Source of the DNA: a virus
Lineage: Duplodnaviria; Caudoviricetes
Virus record (IMG/VR): IMGVR_UViG_3300037310_000321
Location: 1-28,022 of that record
Strand: one strand, 5' to 3'
Length of the DNA: 28,022 nt
The translations under genes were made by a program, and so were the position numbers. A model generated the notes under the pieces. That model was not told the DNA's origin and did no database searches. It was given only the letters and a program-made list of their open reading frames with translations. Below are positions 16,918 through 26,242 of this stretch, in pieces (positions within the stretch are counted from its first letter, which is position 1; each line of letters starts with the position of its first letter).

Positions 16918-18195
16918 ATGAGTAAAGCAGATAAAATAAAAAAACTTGACGATCTTACCGCACAGGCGCAATCTTTGACGGCCAAAATTGTAGAAGGTAG
17001 TATCACCGTGGAGGAACGTGCCACTATTAAAAATTTGACATCTGAAATAGATGTATTGTCCAAAGAAATCGCACAACTGACCGAAGATGAACAAATACTT
17101 AAAAGATTTGCTCCCCAAAAATCTCCACAACCAAAAGGCAATGAAGATGCAAGAGTTGCAAAGCACTACAGTGTAGTGCGTGCTGCCCAATATGTAGATG
17201 GAAAAATAAAGAGAGAAGATTTGGGGTCGGAGCTTGAAGTACATCAAGAAGCTGAAAACATCGCACGAGCTGCCAACTTACCTGTTACAGGTAAAGGAAT
17301 GTTAGTTACCGATGGGATAATAAACGAAATGGCTTATAGATCCACATTTGGAACGGCGCTTGATGCTGGTAATCTAGGAAGGCAAGAAGTACTTCCATAC
17401 ATTGATGGATATAGAAAACGTTTGTTTGCTGATCAGCTTGGCGCAAACATGCGTATGGGATTGACCGGCGTGACCAAACTGCCAATAGGAGACAGTCTTG
17501 TTATGAGCGCTTGGGTAGCTGAAAACGGCTCAATACCTACACTTTCTGGCAATGTGAGAAAAATAGATCTTACACCAAAATTGGTAGGTTCTAAAGTGGT
17601 TTCCACATGGCATTTGCAAGCCAACGCGGGACCAGATTCCGATCGGTATTTATTAGATCTATTGTTTACTGGAGAAATAAATGCCGTAAATAGCGCGCTT
17701 CTGTTTACTGCACCAAATGGTCCGTTAGGATTATTTGACCCCGCTAATGGTGCAGTAGATATCTCTAGCACTAATGGATCGTCAGTTTCGAGATCGCTAT
17801 TGTTACAAATGATTAATGCTCCTGCTAAAAATGATGCCGACTATGGCATAACGCCTAAGTGGGTTATTTCTCCATCATTGAGAGAAACTTTACAAAACCT
17901 AAATGTTGACACAGGATCTGGATTGTTTTTAATGACACCAGGGGTTGATAACATTTTAGGCTATGACGCTGCGGTTACGACCCACATGAGAAATGATCTA
18001 ACTAAAGGTACTGGAACAAATTTAAAAGGTGCAGCTTTTGGATATTGGAACCACCTTACCCATGCAAGTTGGGCGGTACGAGAATTAATAGTGGATAGAT
18101 CATCGAACGACGCTGGTGTAGTCACTAAGATGTTATCATTCCACGATTTTGGATTTGCTAATCCTAAGTCATTTGCAATAGCTTATTTTACATAG
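16918..18195 (+). CDS. Major capsid protein, HK97 fold with N-terminal coiled-coil delta domain
   Basis: SAWVAENG, LTPK, WVISP, LGY, FGYW, D.GFANPKSF. Confidence 0.95.
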   Translation: MSKADKIKKLDDLTAQAQSLTAKIVEGSITVEERATIKNLTSEIDVLSKEIAQLTEDEQILKRFAPQKSPQPKGNEDARVAKHYSVVRAAQYVDGKIKREDLGSELEVHQEAENIARAANLPVTGKGMLVTDGIINEMAYRSTFGTALDAGNLGRQEVLPYIDGYRKRLFADQLGANMRMGLTGVTKLPIGDSLVMSAWVAENGSIPTLSGNVRKIDLTPKLVGSKVVSTWHLQANAGPDSDRYLLDLLFTGEINAVNSALLFTAPNGPLGLFDPANGAVDISSTNGSSVSRSLLLQMINAPAKNDADYGITPKWVISPSLRETLQNLNVDTGSGLFLMTPGVDNILGYDAAVTTHMRNDLTKGTGTNLKGAAFGYWNHLTHASWAVRELIVDRSSNDAGVVTKMLSFHDFGFANPKSFAIAYFT

Positions 18196-18222
18196 TGGCA
18201 TAGCGGTAATTTTATTTTTTAG

Positions 18223-18263
18223 AAAGGGCAACAGGTTTTAAAATGCGTTGCCCTTTTCTTTTA
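18223..18263 (+). terminator. Intrinsic terminator after the capsid gene
   Basis: aaagggcaac / gttgcccttt stem followed by a T-rich tail. Confidence 0.7.
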
Positions 18264-18321
18264 TTCTTTATTGTAACATCTATTAACCAACCATCAGTAT
18301 ATTTTTGATCATATTTGACTT

Positions 18322-18648
18322 ATGTTAGTAAATGATCTTAATATAGGTGCTATGAGCGATCTGGTGAGTTTTTACACCAGATCACAAGGGTTAGGAACTA
18401 TTGCTGGCATACAGACACTATCGGCACATACAAGTATAAGGGCAGAAATAAGAGTTAATGACGCTTGGAAGTATGCAAAGGATAAGGTAGATATTAATAA
18501 AATCATAGTAATGCGAAGCAGATACTATGCAGATATTAAGATAGACACCATGGTCAGATACAAAGGTATAGACTACCGCGTCACGTCTATAAAAATTATA
18601 GGGAGAAGGCAAGGTTTAGAAATTGCGGCTATAGAAGATCAATCATGA
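18322..18648 (+). CDS. Head-closure / head-tail adaptor (SPP1 gp16-like)
   Basis: NIGAM...V...RY..DI...V.YKG..YRV.SI...GRRQGLEI.A. Confidence 0.8.
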   Translation: MLVNDLNIGAMSDLVSFYTRSQGLGTIAGIQTLSAHTSIRAEIRVNDAWKYAKDKVDINKIIVMRSRYYADIKIDTMVRYKGIDYRVTSIKIIGRRQGLEIAAIEDQS

Positions 18649-19004
18649 CATACGATCAACTATATACATTGATTGATGAAGCATTAGGGCAAATAATCAA
18701 CCAAAGGTATTATACTGTAGTCCCTTATACGTCAATTTATCCGCATATATTCGTGCAGGTAATAAGTGACAATCCTATGCACCATAACGACAGTCATATG
18801 CCGTCTGTCATAAGGTTGCAAGTAGAGGTAAGGGCTGTGGATCAAGCTACGGCAGTCCAAAAGGCTGAATTAATAGTGAATGCTTTACAATCTGACAGCA
18901 ATGTTTTTTTTGCTAGGCTACAACCTACACCAAAACCACTAATTTATGATGTAGATGCAAGAGTTTACAGGGTTATACAAGAATATTTAGTTAATTATAA
19001 ATAG
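18645..19004 (+). CDS. Tail terminator/completion protein (DUF3168-like)
   Basis: R.Y..VP....YP.I...IS...RLQV.V.A...A...I..AL...YD....YR. Confidence 0.75.
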   Translation: MTYDQLYTLIDEALGQIINQRYYTVVPYTSIYPHIFVQVISDNPMHHNDSHMPSVIRLQVEVRAVDQATAVQKAELIVNALQSDSNVFFARLQPTPKPLIYDVDARVYRVIQEYLVNYK

Positions 19005-19009
19005 AAAAT

Positions 19010-19183
19010 ATGTCACAAGAATTTGCAAAAGTTAAAGCAATAAAACCGATAGGAGGTTTCAAAGTAGGCGATATCGATTTAATGGAGCTTGCAGACGCAA
19101 AAGATGCTAGTTTAAGAGGGGATGTAGAAATACTACAAAACAGATCGCAAAACCAGGTTGAATCAAAAAAAAATAAGCCATGA
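19010..19183 (+). CDS. Small virion-associated protein, paralog 1 (57 aa; absent from the ORF track)
   Basis: MSQEFAKVKAIKPIGGFKVGDIDLMELADAKDASLRGDVEIL...; ATGA-coupled to the next ORF. Confidence 0.7.
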   Translation: MSQEFAKVKAIKPIGGFKVGDIDLMELADAKDASLRGDVEILQNRSQNQVESKKNKP

Positions 19184-19341
19184 CTTTAGTACAAGCAATA
19201 GAAAACATAGGCTTAATCCAAGCTGGTCACCAAGGTTATATGTTTACAGAAGATGCTAAAAAAGCAGAATCAGATGGCAAGGTTAAGATTATCGCCATTA
19301 ATGTAAAGGAAAAAAAACTCAAAACAAATAATATTTCATAA
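19180..19341 (+). CDS. Small virion-associated protein, paralog 2 (53 aa; absent from the ORF track)
   Basis: MTLVQAIENIGLIQAGHQGYMFTEDAKKAESDGKVKII... Confidence 0.7.
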   Translation: MTLVQAIENIGLIQAGHQGYMFTEDAKKAESDGKVKIIAINVKEKKLKTNNIS

Positions 19342-19361
19342 ATAATTAAATTAATACCATC

Positions 19362-19793
19362 ATGGCATTAGATTACGTAATAGGACATAGACTTAGAGTT
19401 TATTTGGGAACCGCTGCGAATGCAACTAGCCCGATTGCGCATGCTAAGTCTCATAAAATTTCTTTCAAGAAGGAAACTACTAAAATTAATCACAACGATA
19501 TAAATCCAGGGTCAGAAAGCGGTGGGTTTTCTGCCGCAATAGGAGGCGTAAAGTCTGCAAGTGGTTCAACTACTTTTTACATCTACAAATCTGGGGGAAG
19601 TTTAGCAGCTATTGCTGATGCATGGAAAAATGACACCCCGATGTTTATGAAATTTACGGACGCAGAGACAGGCGCATCAGTGTCTTACACCATGCCTATA
19701 ATAATCACGGAGTTTAACATAACATCAGAAGATGACCAAATCGCTGAGGCAGACGTAAGCTACGAATCAACCGGTGAGATAACTTTTGCATAA
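19362..19793 (+). CDS. Major tail tube protein (TP901-1-like)
   Basis: IAHAKSHKIS...GGVKSASGS...IIT.F...DDQ.A...S..STGEI. Confidence 0.85.
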   Translation: MALDYVIGHRLRVYLGTAANATSPIAHAKSHKISFKKETTKINHNDINPGSESGGFSAAIGGVKSASGSTTFYIYKSGGSLAAIADAWKNDTPMFMKFTDAETGASVSYTMPIIITEFNITSEDDQIAEADVSYESTGEITFA

Positions 19794-19813
19794 TTCTTAA
19801 AGCCGCTTAGCAA

Positions 19814-20098
19814 ATGCAAAAAATTAAAATTAACGATACAGAATACCCAATTAAATATGGGTTAAAAGCAGAACTTCGCCTAGAAAAGGAAAAAGGTGTA
19901 ACCTTTGGTGTAGATACTTTAGGAACAGAAGCTAGCATGTTATTTCACTATTACGCTATACTGTGTGGGTGTGAAAAAATGCGGCAGGCAGTAACCATGA
20001 CGTTTGAACAATTTATTGATGCCTGCGATGATGACAAAAATATTATTAACCAACTTAATAATTTATTATTAGAATCTTATAGTGAAAAAAAGAATTAG
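19814..20098 (+). CDS. Tail assembly chaperone (G-like)
   Basis: Follows the tail tube; KIKIND.EYP.KYG; ends in A_AAA_AAG slippery site. Confidence 0.85.
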   Translation: MQKIKINDTEYPIKYGLKAELRLEKEKGVTFGVDTLGTEASMLFHYYAILCGCEKMRQAVTMTFEQFIDACDDDKNIINQLNNLLLESYSEKKN

Positions 20099-20122
20099 CC
20101 CTAGCGGGTAGGCTAGGGCTAA
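20086..20122 (+). promoter_or_regulatory. Programmed -1 frameshift signal
   Basis: A_AAA_AAG at 20086..20092 plus an 11-bp stem ttagccctagc/gctagggctaa; the -1 frame is open to 20397. Confidence 0.85.
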
Positions 20123-20397
20123 ATCCTGAAATATTGATGTCATTAGATTTTGGTGAGCGTATATCTTATGCGAAAGGATATCGCGAACGCATGGAAGAAT
20201 TTTGGCAAATGGTTGGACACTTGTGTATATGTATATTACAGGCTCCAAATGGCAAGTCCGACACACTTAACTCTTTATACAAAACCTATGTAAATATGGC
20301 CTATAAAGACAACATAGATGAGGATAAGTCGCCATCCCAAAAGTTAAAAGAAATGTTGGATAGAGAAGGAGAAACATATAATCCCCCAATAATATAA
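20092..20397 (+). CDS. Tail assembly chaperone frameshift extension (T-like)
   Basis: -1 frame ELALAGRLGLNPEILMSLDFGE... continuous with track ORF 20134..20397. Confidence 0.8.
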   Translation, partial: ELALAGRLGLNPEILMSLDFGERISYAKGYRERMEEFWQMVGHLCICILQAPNGKSDTLNSLYKTYVNMAYKDNIDEDKSPSQKLKEMLDREGETYNPPII

Positions 20398-20404
20398 ATG
20401 TGAC

Positions 20405-20770
20405 ATGACTGCATCTCAAATTAACAATAACATACAAAAAATGATTGAAGAACAAATCGGTGCGGTTACCAAACATCTTGTAGAAGCTGCTGATACAATG
20501 CTTCAAGATGCAGAAACTTTAGTACCTTGGGACACTGGCCGCACAAGAGCTTCGCTTCGCGCTGATATAAATAAAAATAACAATGGAGTAAAAATAATTA
20601 TACACGCTAGCAAGGCTGATGATGTTGCTTTTTTTAATGAATATGGGACAGTATATATGGATGCAAAGCCATTTTTTCGGCCAGCATTTGACAAATCAGC
20701 ATCAAAGTATTTAGACATAATTGTTAAAACTGCTATAGACATAACTAATAAATTTAATAATTTACCATGA
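20405..20770 (+). CDS. HK97 gp10-like tail component
   Basis: A...VPWDTG...S...F.EYGT..M.AKPFFRPAFD. Confidence 0.9.
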   Translation: MTASQINNNIQKMIEEQIGAVTKHLVEAADTMLQDAETLVPWDTGRTRASLRADINKNNNGVKIIIHASKADDVAFFNEYGTVYMDAKPFFRPAFDKSASKYLDIIVKTAIDITNKFNNLP

Positions 20771-21249
20771 GCTACGTCTGTACAGATATAGAACCCACGA
20801 ATGAGCCGATTACATTAGATATAGCCATTGAACACTTATATCTACCAGATAATGTAAACTTAGATCTTCTCCAAATCTATATTACTTCTGCTCGACAATG
20901 GGTTGAAAAATATACAGGCCTGCATATGGTCCCAAAAAAGATTGTATATACTGGTCCATTATTTAAATCTATTTTGTTACAATATAAAGTAGATAAGATA
21001 TTGACGGCCAAAGCAGATGGCATAAGTATAATGGTTGCAAAATGCGCAGATTACTCTGTAAAAGTATATGGTAGCGGCAATGAAATAATTTTAGAATACA
21101 ATTCTTTGCCAGAGTATAATAAATCTTTGGTTACAGCAGCTTTATTAATTGTTGGACATATGTATGAAAATAGGCAGATTGTAGAAACTAAAATCGGTAA
21201 TGCAAAGATGCTTTTAGAGCCTTATAGAATTATTAATCCTAAGCAATGA
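20767..21249 (+). CDS. Head-tail connector (HK97 gp6/phiE125 gp8-like)
   Basis: EPITL..A..HL...I.SARQWVE.YTG...A.LL.VGH.YENR...LL.PYR. Confidence 0.9.
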   Translation: MSYVCTDIEPTNEPITLDIAIEHLYLPDNVNLDLLQIYITSARQWVEKYTGLHMVPKKIVYTGPLFKSILLQYKVDKILTAKADGISIMVAKCADYSVKVYGSGNEIILEYNSLPEYNKSLVTAALLIVGHMYENRQIVETKIGNAKMLLEPYRIINPKQ

Positions 21250-23261
21250 GATTAGATATACAACTAGGCGCTAATGCTGACGGATTGAAATCCGTTGCGG
21301 CAGATGTAGAAAGAATTACGTCGCAAATAGAAAAAAAATTTGCGGCGACCGCTGCAAGCACATTAAAAATGTCTAGCAATATATCTGCCGTTGGCTCGCG
21401 TATCGGCGACTTTTCCAGTAAAATAGAATCTGCGTTAGGAAGAATAAAATTCGGTCAATTATCGGCAGAAAATAAACAACTTGCCGAAAGTGTATCAAAA
21501 ACCGTAAGCACAATAGGAACTTTAGCCGACGTAACAGTGGCAGCATCCGGAGCGTGGGGCGTATTAACCACAGGAGCGAGTTTTGCACTATCAAAAATTG
21601 CCGCATTGATACCACCGACAGCATCGGCCATTAGTTCATTGGCTGGTCCAATAGGCATAATCGTAGGCGTGGGTGTGGCCGGAGCTGTGGCTTTAGCGTC
21701 GAATTGGGATAAGTTTACTAATTCGCTTACTCGCGCCCAGGAAATTGAAAGGCAAGCATCTGAGTCTATTGTCGATCAACAAGCTAAAGTAAGAAGGCTT
21801 GTAACAGTTGTACAGGACCAAACTCTTGCGTATAATTATAGAAATAATTCTCTAAAAGAATTACAAGGAATAAGTCCTACTTATTTTGGGAACCTATCTT
21901 TAGAAGAAAGTTCATTATCTAAGATTAATGGACAATTAGTAAATTACAACAAAAATTTACTCGCAGGGGCAAAACTTAAAGTACTTAAAGATGAAGCTGA
22001 ACAGGCAACGATCAAATTACAGGGTTTAGAGAAACAATTAGAAAAGGAAAAAAACAGAAAAGTAAGCTCAATTGTAAATCCACTAAATTTAGGGTTTACA
22101 GATAATCAAAGCCAAACGATCAGTTTAAGGTATTTAAATAACGAAATAGAAAAAACCAAAAAGGAACTAAAAGAATTAGAGACACAGGCTAGCAAAATAT
22201 CTTTTAATGTTGATTTTGCAAAAGTTCAAAATTCCGTTTCTCAAACCCAGGCCCCCAAAAAAAATAAGTCTATATTTGAAGAATATATAAAAGATTTAAA
22301 GCAGATACAGCTTCTCGTTGACGAAGGTCTGATAAATCCATTAGCTGGAGCAAGCCAACAAGCAGCCATATCTGATGCTGCATTAAAAAGATTTGGCAGC
22401 TTCACCATTAATGAATTTAAGAAAATAAATATAGAGCTTGAAAAAAGCAATGCTTTGATAAGTTCATTTGGTGCAATTACGCCTGCGCCGATTAAGTCTA
22501 TTTCATTTAAAGATTTAGAAATTCCAAAAATAAAACTTGACGGAATAGTCACTAATGTAGAAGCAAAATCACCAATAATTACAAAAAATTTAGATTTACA
22601 AGGTTTGGCGGCAATTTCTCAGCAAGCATCTGGATATGTCACACAAGGAATAACGGCTGTAGGAGATCTTGTGTCAGCGAGCATCTCTCGACGCGGACAA
22701 GAAATAGAAGACTTCTATAGTAAAGAACGCAGGGGAATAGAAAACTCTTTAGCTTCGGCAGCTGTAAAAGAAAGAAAACTACAAATTTTGGAGGAGCAGA
22801 CAGCAGCTAAACGAAGAAAAATAGCTAGAGAGCAGGCCGCAGTTAATAAGAAAGTGGCCCTATTTACGGCAATAATAAATGGTGCGGCAGCTGTAATAAA
22901 AGGTTTAGCCGACGGCGGTATTGTTCAAGGTATTGCAGCTGGAGCTATTGCAGCGGCACAAATAGCGGTTATTGCATCACAACCATTACCAGCATTGGCA
23001 GGGGGTGGAGTTGTTTCTAAAGACACTATAGTGAGGGTCGGTGAATACCCTGGCGCAAAATCTAATCCCGAAATTGTTGCGCCGCAAAATTTGTTAACAA
23101 ACATCTTGCGCAAGGAATTAAAAAATAATAATCAGGATAGGATTAGCGGAATAAACACAAACCGAGGTTTGTTAGAAATAACAACGGATATATCAAGTGA
23201 TAATTTAAGGCTACTCCATAGATTTCAGGAGTATAAATCATCAAGAGTAAGAGTAGGATAA
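21246..23261 (+). CDS. Tape measure protein (671 aa)
   Basis: Ala-rich helical/coiled-coil protein; C-terminal AQIA.IASQPLPALA.GG...GEYPGA..NPE.VAP. Confidence 0.88.
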   Translation: MRLDIQLGANADGLKSVAADVERITSQIEKKFAATAASTLKMSSNISAVGSRIGDFSSKIESALGRIKFGQLSAENKQLAESVSKTVSTIGTLADVTVAASGAWGVLTTGASFALSKIAALIPPTASAISSLAGPIGIIVGVGVAGAVALASNWDKFTNSLTRAQEIERQASESIVDQQAKVRRLVTVVQDQTLAYNYRNNSLKELQGISPTYFGNLSLEESSLSKINGQLVNYNKNLLAGAKLKVLKDEAEQATIKLQGLEKQLEKEKNRKVSSIVNPLNLGFTDNQSQTISLRYLNNEIEKTKKELKELETQASKISFNVDFAKVQNSVSQTQAPKKNKSIFEEYIKDLKQIQLLVDEGLINPLAGASQQAAISDAALKRFGSFTINEFKKINIELEKSNALISSFGAITPAPIKSISFKDLEIPKIKLDGIVTNVEAKSPIITKNLDLQGLAAISQQASGYVTQGITAVGDLVSASISRRGQEIEDFYSKERRGIENSLASAAVKERKLQILEEQTAAKRRKIAREQAAVNKKVALFTAIINGAAAVIKGLADGGIVQGIAAGAIAAAQIAVIASQPLPALAGGGVVSKDTIVRVGEYPGAKSNPEIVAPQNLLTNILRKELKNNNQDRISGINTNRGLLEITTDISSDNLRLLHRFQEYKSSRVRVG

Positions 23262-25579
23262 TGTCACTAACTAATATATTATATCACAAATTTTCAGATC
23301 CTTATGGAGCCAATTATATTATAAATATATATGATGCTGAGGGGGGAGATTTTTTACATGCCTTTGCTACAAAAAATGGTAGCATAGAACACACCGTTGA
23401 GGGAGATCCAAAAGATCCTTTTAAAAGAATTTTAACAAGTACATTAACATTTGAGATGATGTTAAATCATCCTCAGTATGAAGCAAACCAAAAGGATGAT
23501 ATCATACAATTTTACAACGACTTTGTTGAAAGTCAAGAAGGTAGATTTTATGTAGCATTATCAGAAGATAATTTAGGACCAGTTTTGTTTGTTGGTAAAT
23601 TAATAGCCGATCTTAGTAATCTTAAATTATCTCACCATCAATTTGTAAAATTAACAGCTCATTGCGGTATAAAGCAGTTGGCCAACGAAGAATTAAGACC
23701 TGAAAACTATGCAGATACAACTCTTATACATACCAATCCATATACATTTATTGATTTCTTTAGACAGATTTTACAAAAAAACGACGTTGCGAAGCAATTT
23801 TACGAAATACCACCATTACCGCTTCCGGTTTTATTCTCCGTAAATATGCAGTGGACAGAGAGTAATTTGCCTATTGAGAATGAACTAGACAAAACTTATA
23901 TGAGAAATCACTACTATAAAGAAGTAAGTAGATTTTATAGAAAGTATGAAAGTGCATTGACTGTACTAACTGATATATTGAACGGATTCAACATGCGTAT
24001 GTATTACAGCCGCGGATGTTGGCATATTGAGCAATTGTCATCTCAAGATAAGCTATATCCCACGCGTATTACATACAATTACGCAGCTAACCAGCTGCAA
24101 CAAATTAGTACAAAGGTGCAGCGCAATGTAAATGGTGAAGACATTAAAGCGCTTCTCAACCCAGAACTAACGTACATTGCTCCCCTAAAAGCAGTGGCAT
24201 TAAAGCAAAATAAGCAGTTTTATAATATATTAGCAGGGGTAAATATAAATTATAAACCAAGCGGTGACGATCAGAGAGGGCCACATAATTTAGGTTATCA
24301 AATAGGGCTTGGATCGTTTTTGGTCCATGATTTATATTTTGATTTTGATTTATCAGGAACTATAGATGGAGATCGATTTATAGTAATCGAGATGGAAATA
24401 AAACTCGGTAATTATTATTTAAAAAATTATTATTATGATTCTCAGGGCAATCCTACCACGCCAAGTATTGACTGGCACATTTTAGTTAATACTCCTATTC
24501 AGTATAGTCCATTTAATAAATTTGATGTTCTTGATTATGAGTGGGTAAATACTCAAAGTACAATAAAAATAGCTATATTTAAAAATGCTGCAGATACTTG
24601 GGGTGCAGGTCCTTTATTAGCTTCATTTAAAAATTTTAATATTATCGGTGTATCACCTGAAATTATAGAAGATGGTGAGTTTTTCTTAACTATTAATTCT
24701 GTAAAGGTGTATAATATTGCTAGTCAAGAAATGGCAGACGATACGGCAAAAATTACACAAACAACTTTATTAAAAAAATCAAGAATTATTGCGGCACCTA
24801 ATGGTATTACTGGATTAGTAGAAGTGCCTGAAGATACAATAATTTATAAAATAGCAGACACAAGAAATACCTTAATCTATGAAACAAGCATAAAGTTTTT
24901 TGACAGTGTATCTACGAATTATCTTCAATCTTTGTTTGTAAAGCCTAGCAGTGAATTTTTACTATCGGTAGAGTGGACAGACGCTGATCTTGGGCTTACC
25001 TTGCCATTGCAACAACTCACCTTAGCTTCAATGATTTCTATGAGAAGCAAATATGGGAAAGTCATAAAGGCATCATTAATTAACACTGAAGGTGAGATTA
25101 TGTATTTCCTAGATAGGTATAATTGGGGTAATAAGCTGCACATACCTATGACGTGGTCCCACAGTGTGGATCAGGGTATATACCAAGTAGATTTATGGGA
25201 AGTCTTTAAAGATTTTCCTGGTGTTAACATAACAGAAATTACTGGAGATACAGAGACGGAGCCAGAATTTCCAACTGTTGTGTTAGATCCTGAGTCTCCC
25301 CCAAGGTTAGGTTTAGAATACTATGAAGAATGGTTAAATGTTTCACAAAATTTTGTAGAATTATCGGCATATAATACAGACCTTATTAATGTTGACGAAT
25401 ACACAGTAAGGTCAAAAGCTCATTTATTTATAAATGGGGTAAAAAATAGATATGTTCTGCCTGCCACAAATCCATTGCCTCAGAGATCATGGACGTTTGA
25501 TAGTGAAACAAACAATAAAATACTTTTTTTTAAGGGATCGACCCAAGTAGGACATATTGAATTTATAAAATATTATTAA
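23261..25579 (+). CDS. Tail tip/hub-like structural protein
   Basis: Directly after the tape measure; aromatic beta-rich 772 aa; L..IL..F..R.Y...G.W.I hub-like motif. Confidence 0.65.
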   Translation: MSLTNILYHKFSDPYGANYIINIYDAEGGDFLHAFATKNGSIEHTVEGDPKDPFKRILTSTLTFEMMLNHPQYEANQKDDIIQFYNDFVESQEGRFYVALSEDNLGPVLFVGKLIADLSNLKLSHHQFVKLTAHCGIKQLANEELRPENYADTTLIHTNPYTFIDFFRQILQKNDVAKQFYEIPPLPLPVLFSVNMQWTESNLPIENELDKTYMRNHYYKEVSRFYRKYESALTVLTDILNGFNMRMYYSRGCWHIEQLSSQDKLYPTRITYNYAANQLQQISTKVQRNVNGEDIKALLNPELTYIAPLKAVALKQNKQFYNILAGVNINYKPSGDDQRGPHNLGYQIGLGSFLVHDLYFDFDLSGTIDGDRFIVIEMEIKLGNYYLKNYYYDSQGNPTTPSIDWHILVNTPIQYSPFNKFDVLDYEWVNTQSTIKIAIFKNAADTWGAGPLLASFKNFNIIGVSPEIIEDGEFFLTINSVKVYNIASQEMADDTAKITQTTLLKKSRIIAAPNGITGLVEVPEDTIIYKIADTRNTLIYETSIKFFDSVSTNYLQSLFVKPSSEFLLSVEWTDADLGLTLPLQQLTLASMISMRSKYGKVIKASLINTEGEIMYFLDRYNWGNKLHIPMTWSHSVDQGIYQVDLWEVFKDFPGVNITEITGDTETEPEFPTVVLDPESPPRLGLEYYEEWLNVSQNFVELSAYNTDLINVDEYTVRSKAHLFINGVKNRYVLPATNPLPQRSWTFDSETNNKILFFKGSTQVGHIEFIKYY

Positions 25580-25600
25580 CCCATTAAAAATTTTTTAGAA

Positions 25601-26242
25601 ATGATTTCAAGAGCATTAATTACAAGCTGCGCATTATTTTTTATAATGTGTCATAGGGAAGATTTATCTAACGATCCTTCTCGACAAATAACTTATGGGA
25701 ATAAAGAAATTATATATGATACTATATCTTTTAATATATATAATAGGTCAGGAGTTACACCTAATTTTATTTTTCACCCTAGCAGCTGGACCACAGATAG
25801 TTACTTTTTAAACTCAAATAGAGTTCACAAGATATATAATCACAATGTAATAGATAGCATAAAATATGTTAGAGTTAATGAAAGTGAAGCAAATGTTGGC
25901 TTTTTGGTAAGCAATTATGACATTAAAATATTTTACAAAAACGGTTATATCGATTTTTTAAAAAACTATTTATGTCCAATATCATATGGTGATGAATTTA
26001 CACAAGACATATGCATTAATCCGTTAAACAAGAGCGGAATTGTCCATATACATTCAACGACATTTGAAAGGAGTGTAAAAACTATTGAGAAGCATTTGCC
26101 TTACAGAGGATTTCAAAAAATAAAATTGTATGAATGGATTATTTATACGGAATATAATGGTATAATCAGATTGCGTGATATGTGTTTTAAAGAGCCAGAA
26201 AATTCTATTTCGTTACAATGGCAACCTAAACACATTTTATAA
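25601..26242 (+). CDS. Putative lipoprotein
   Basis: MISRALITSCALFFIM|C-HREDLSND: hydrophobic stretch, Cys17, acidic residues downstream. Confidence 0.55.
   Translation: MISRALITSCALFFIMCHREDLSNDPSRQITYGNKEIIYDTISFNIYNRSGVTPNFIFHPSSWTTDSYFLNSNRVHKIYNHNVIDSIKYVRVNESEANVGFLVSNYDIKIFYKNGYIDFLKNYLCPISYGDEFTQDICINPLNKSGIVHIHSTTFERSVKTIEKHLPYRGFQKIKLYEWIIYTEYNGIIRLRDMCFKEPENSISLQWQPKHIL

Noticed and set aside
18201-18210. tagcggtaat after the capsid gene as an extra arm site
   Set aside because: Only 7 consecutive bases match, single copy; compatible with chance
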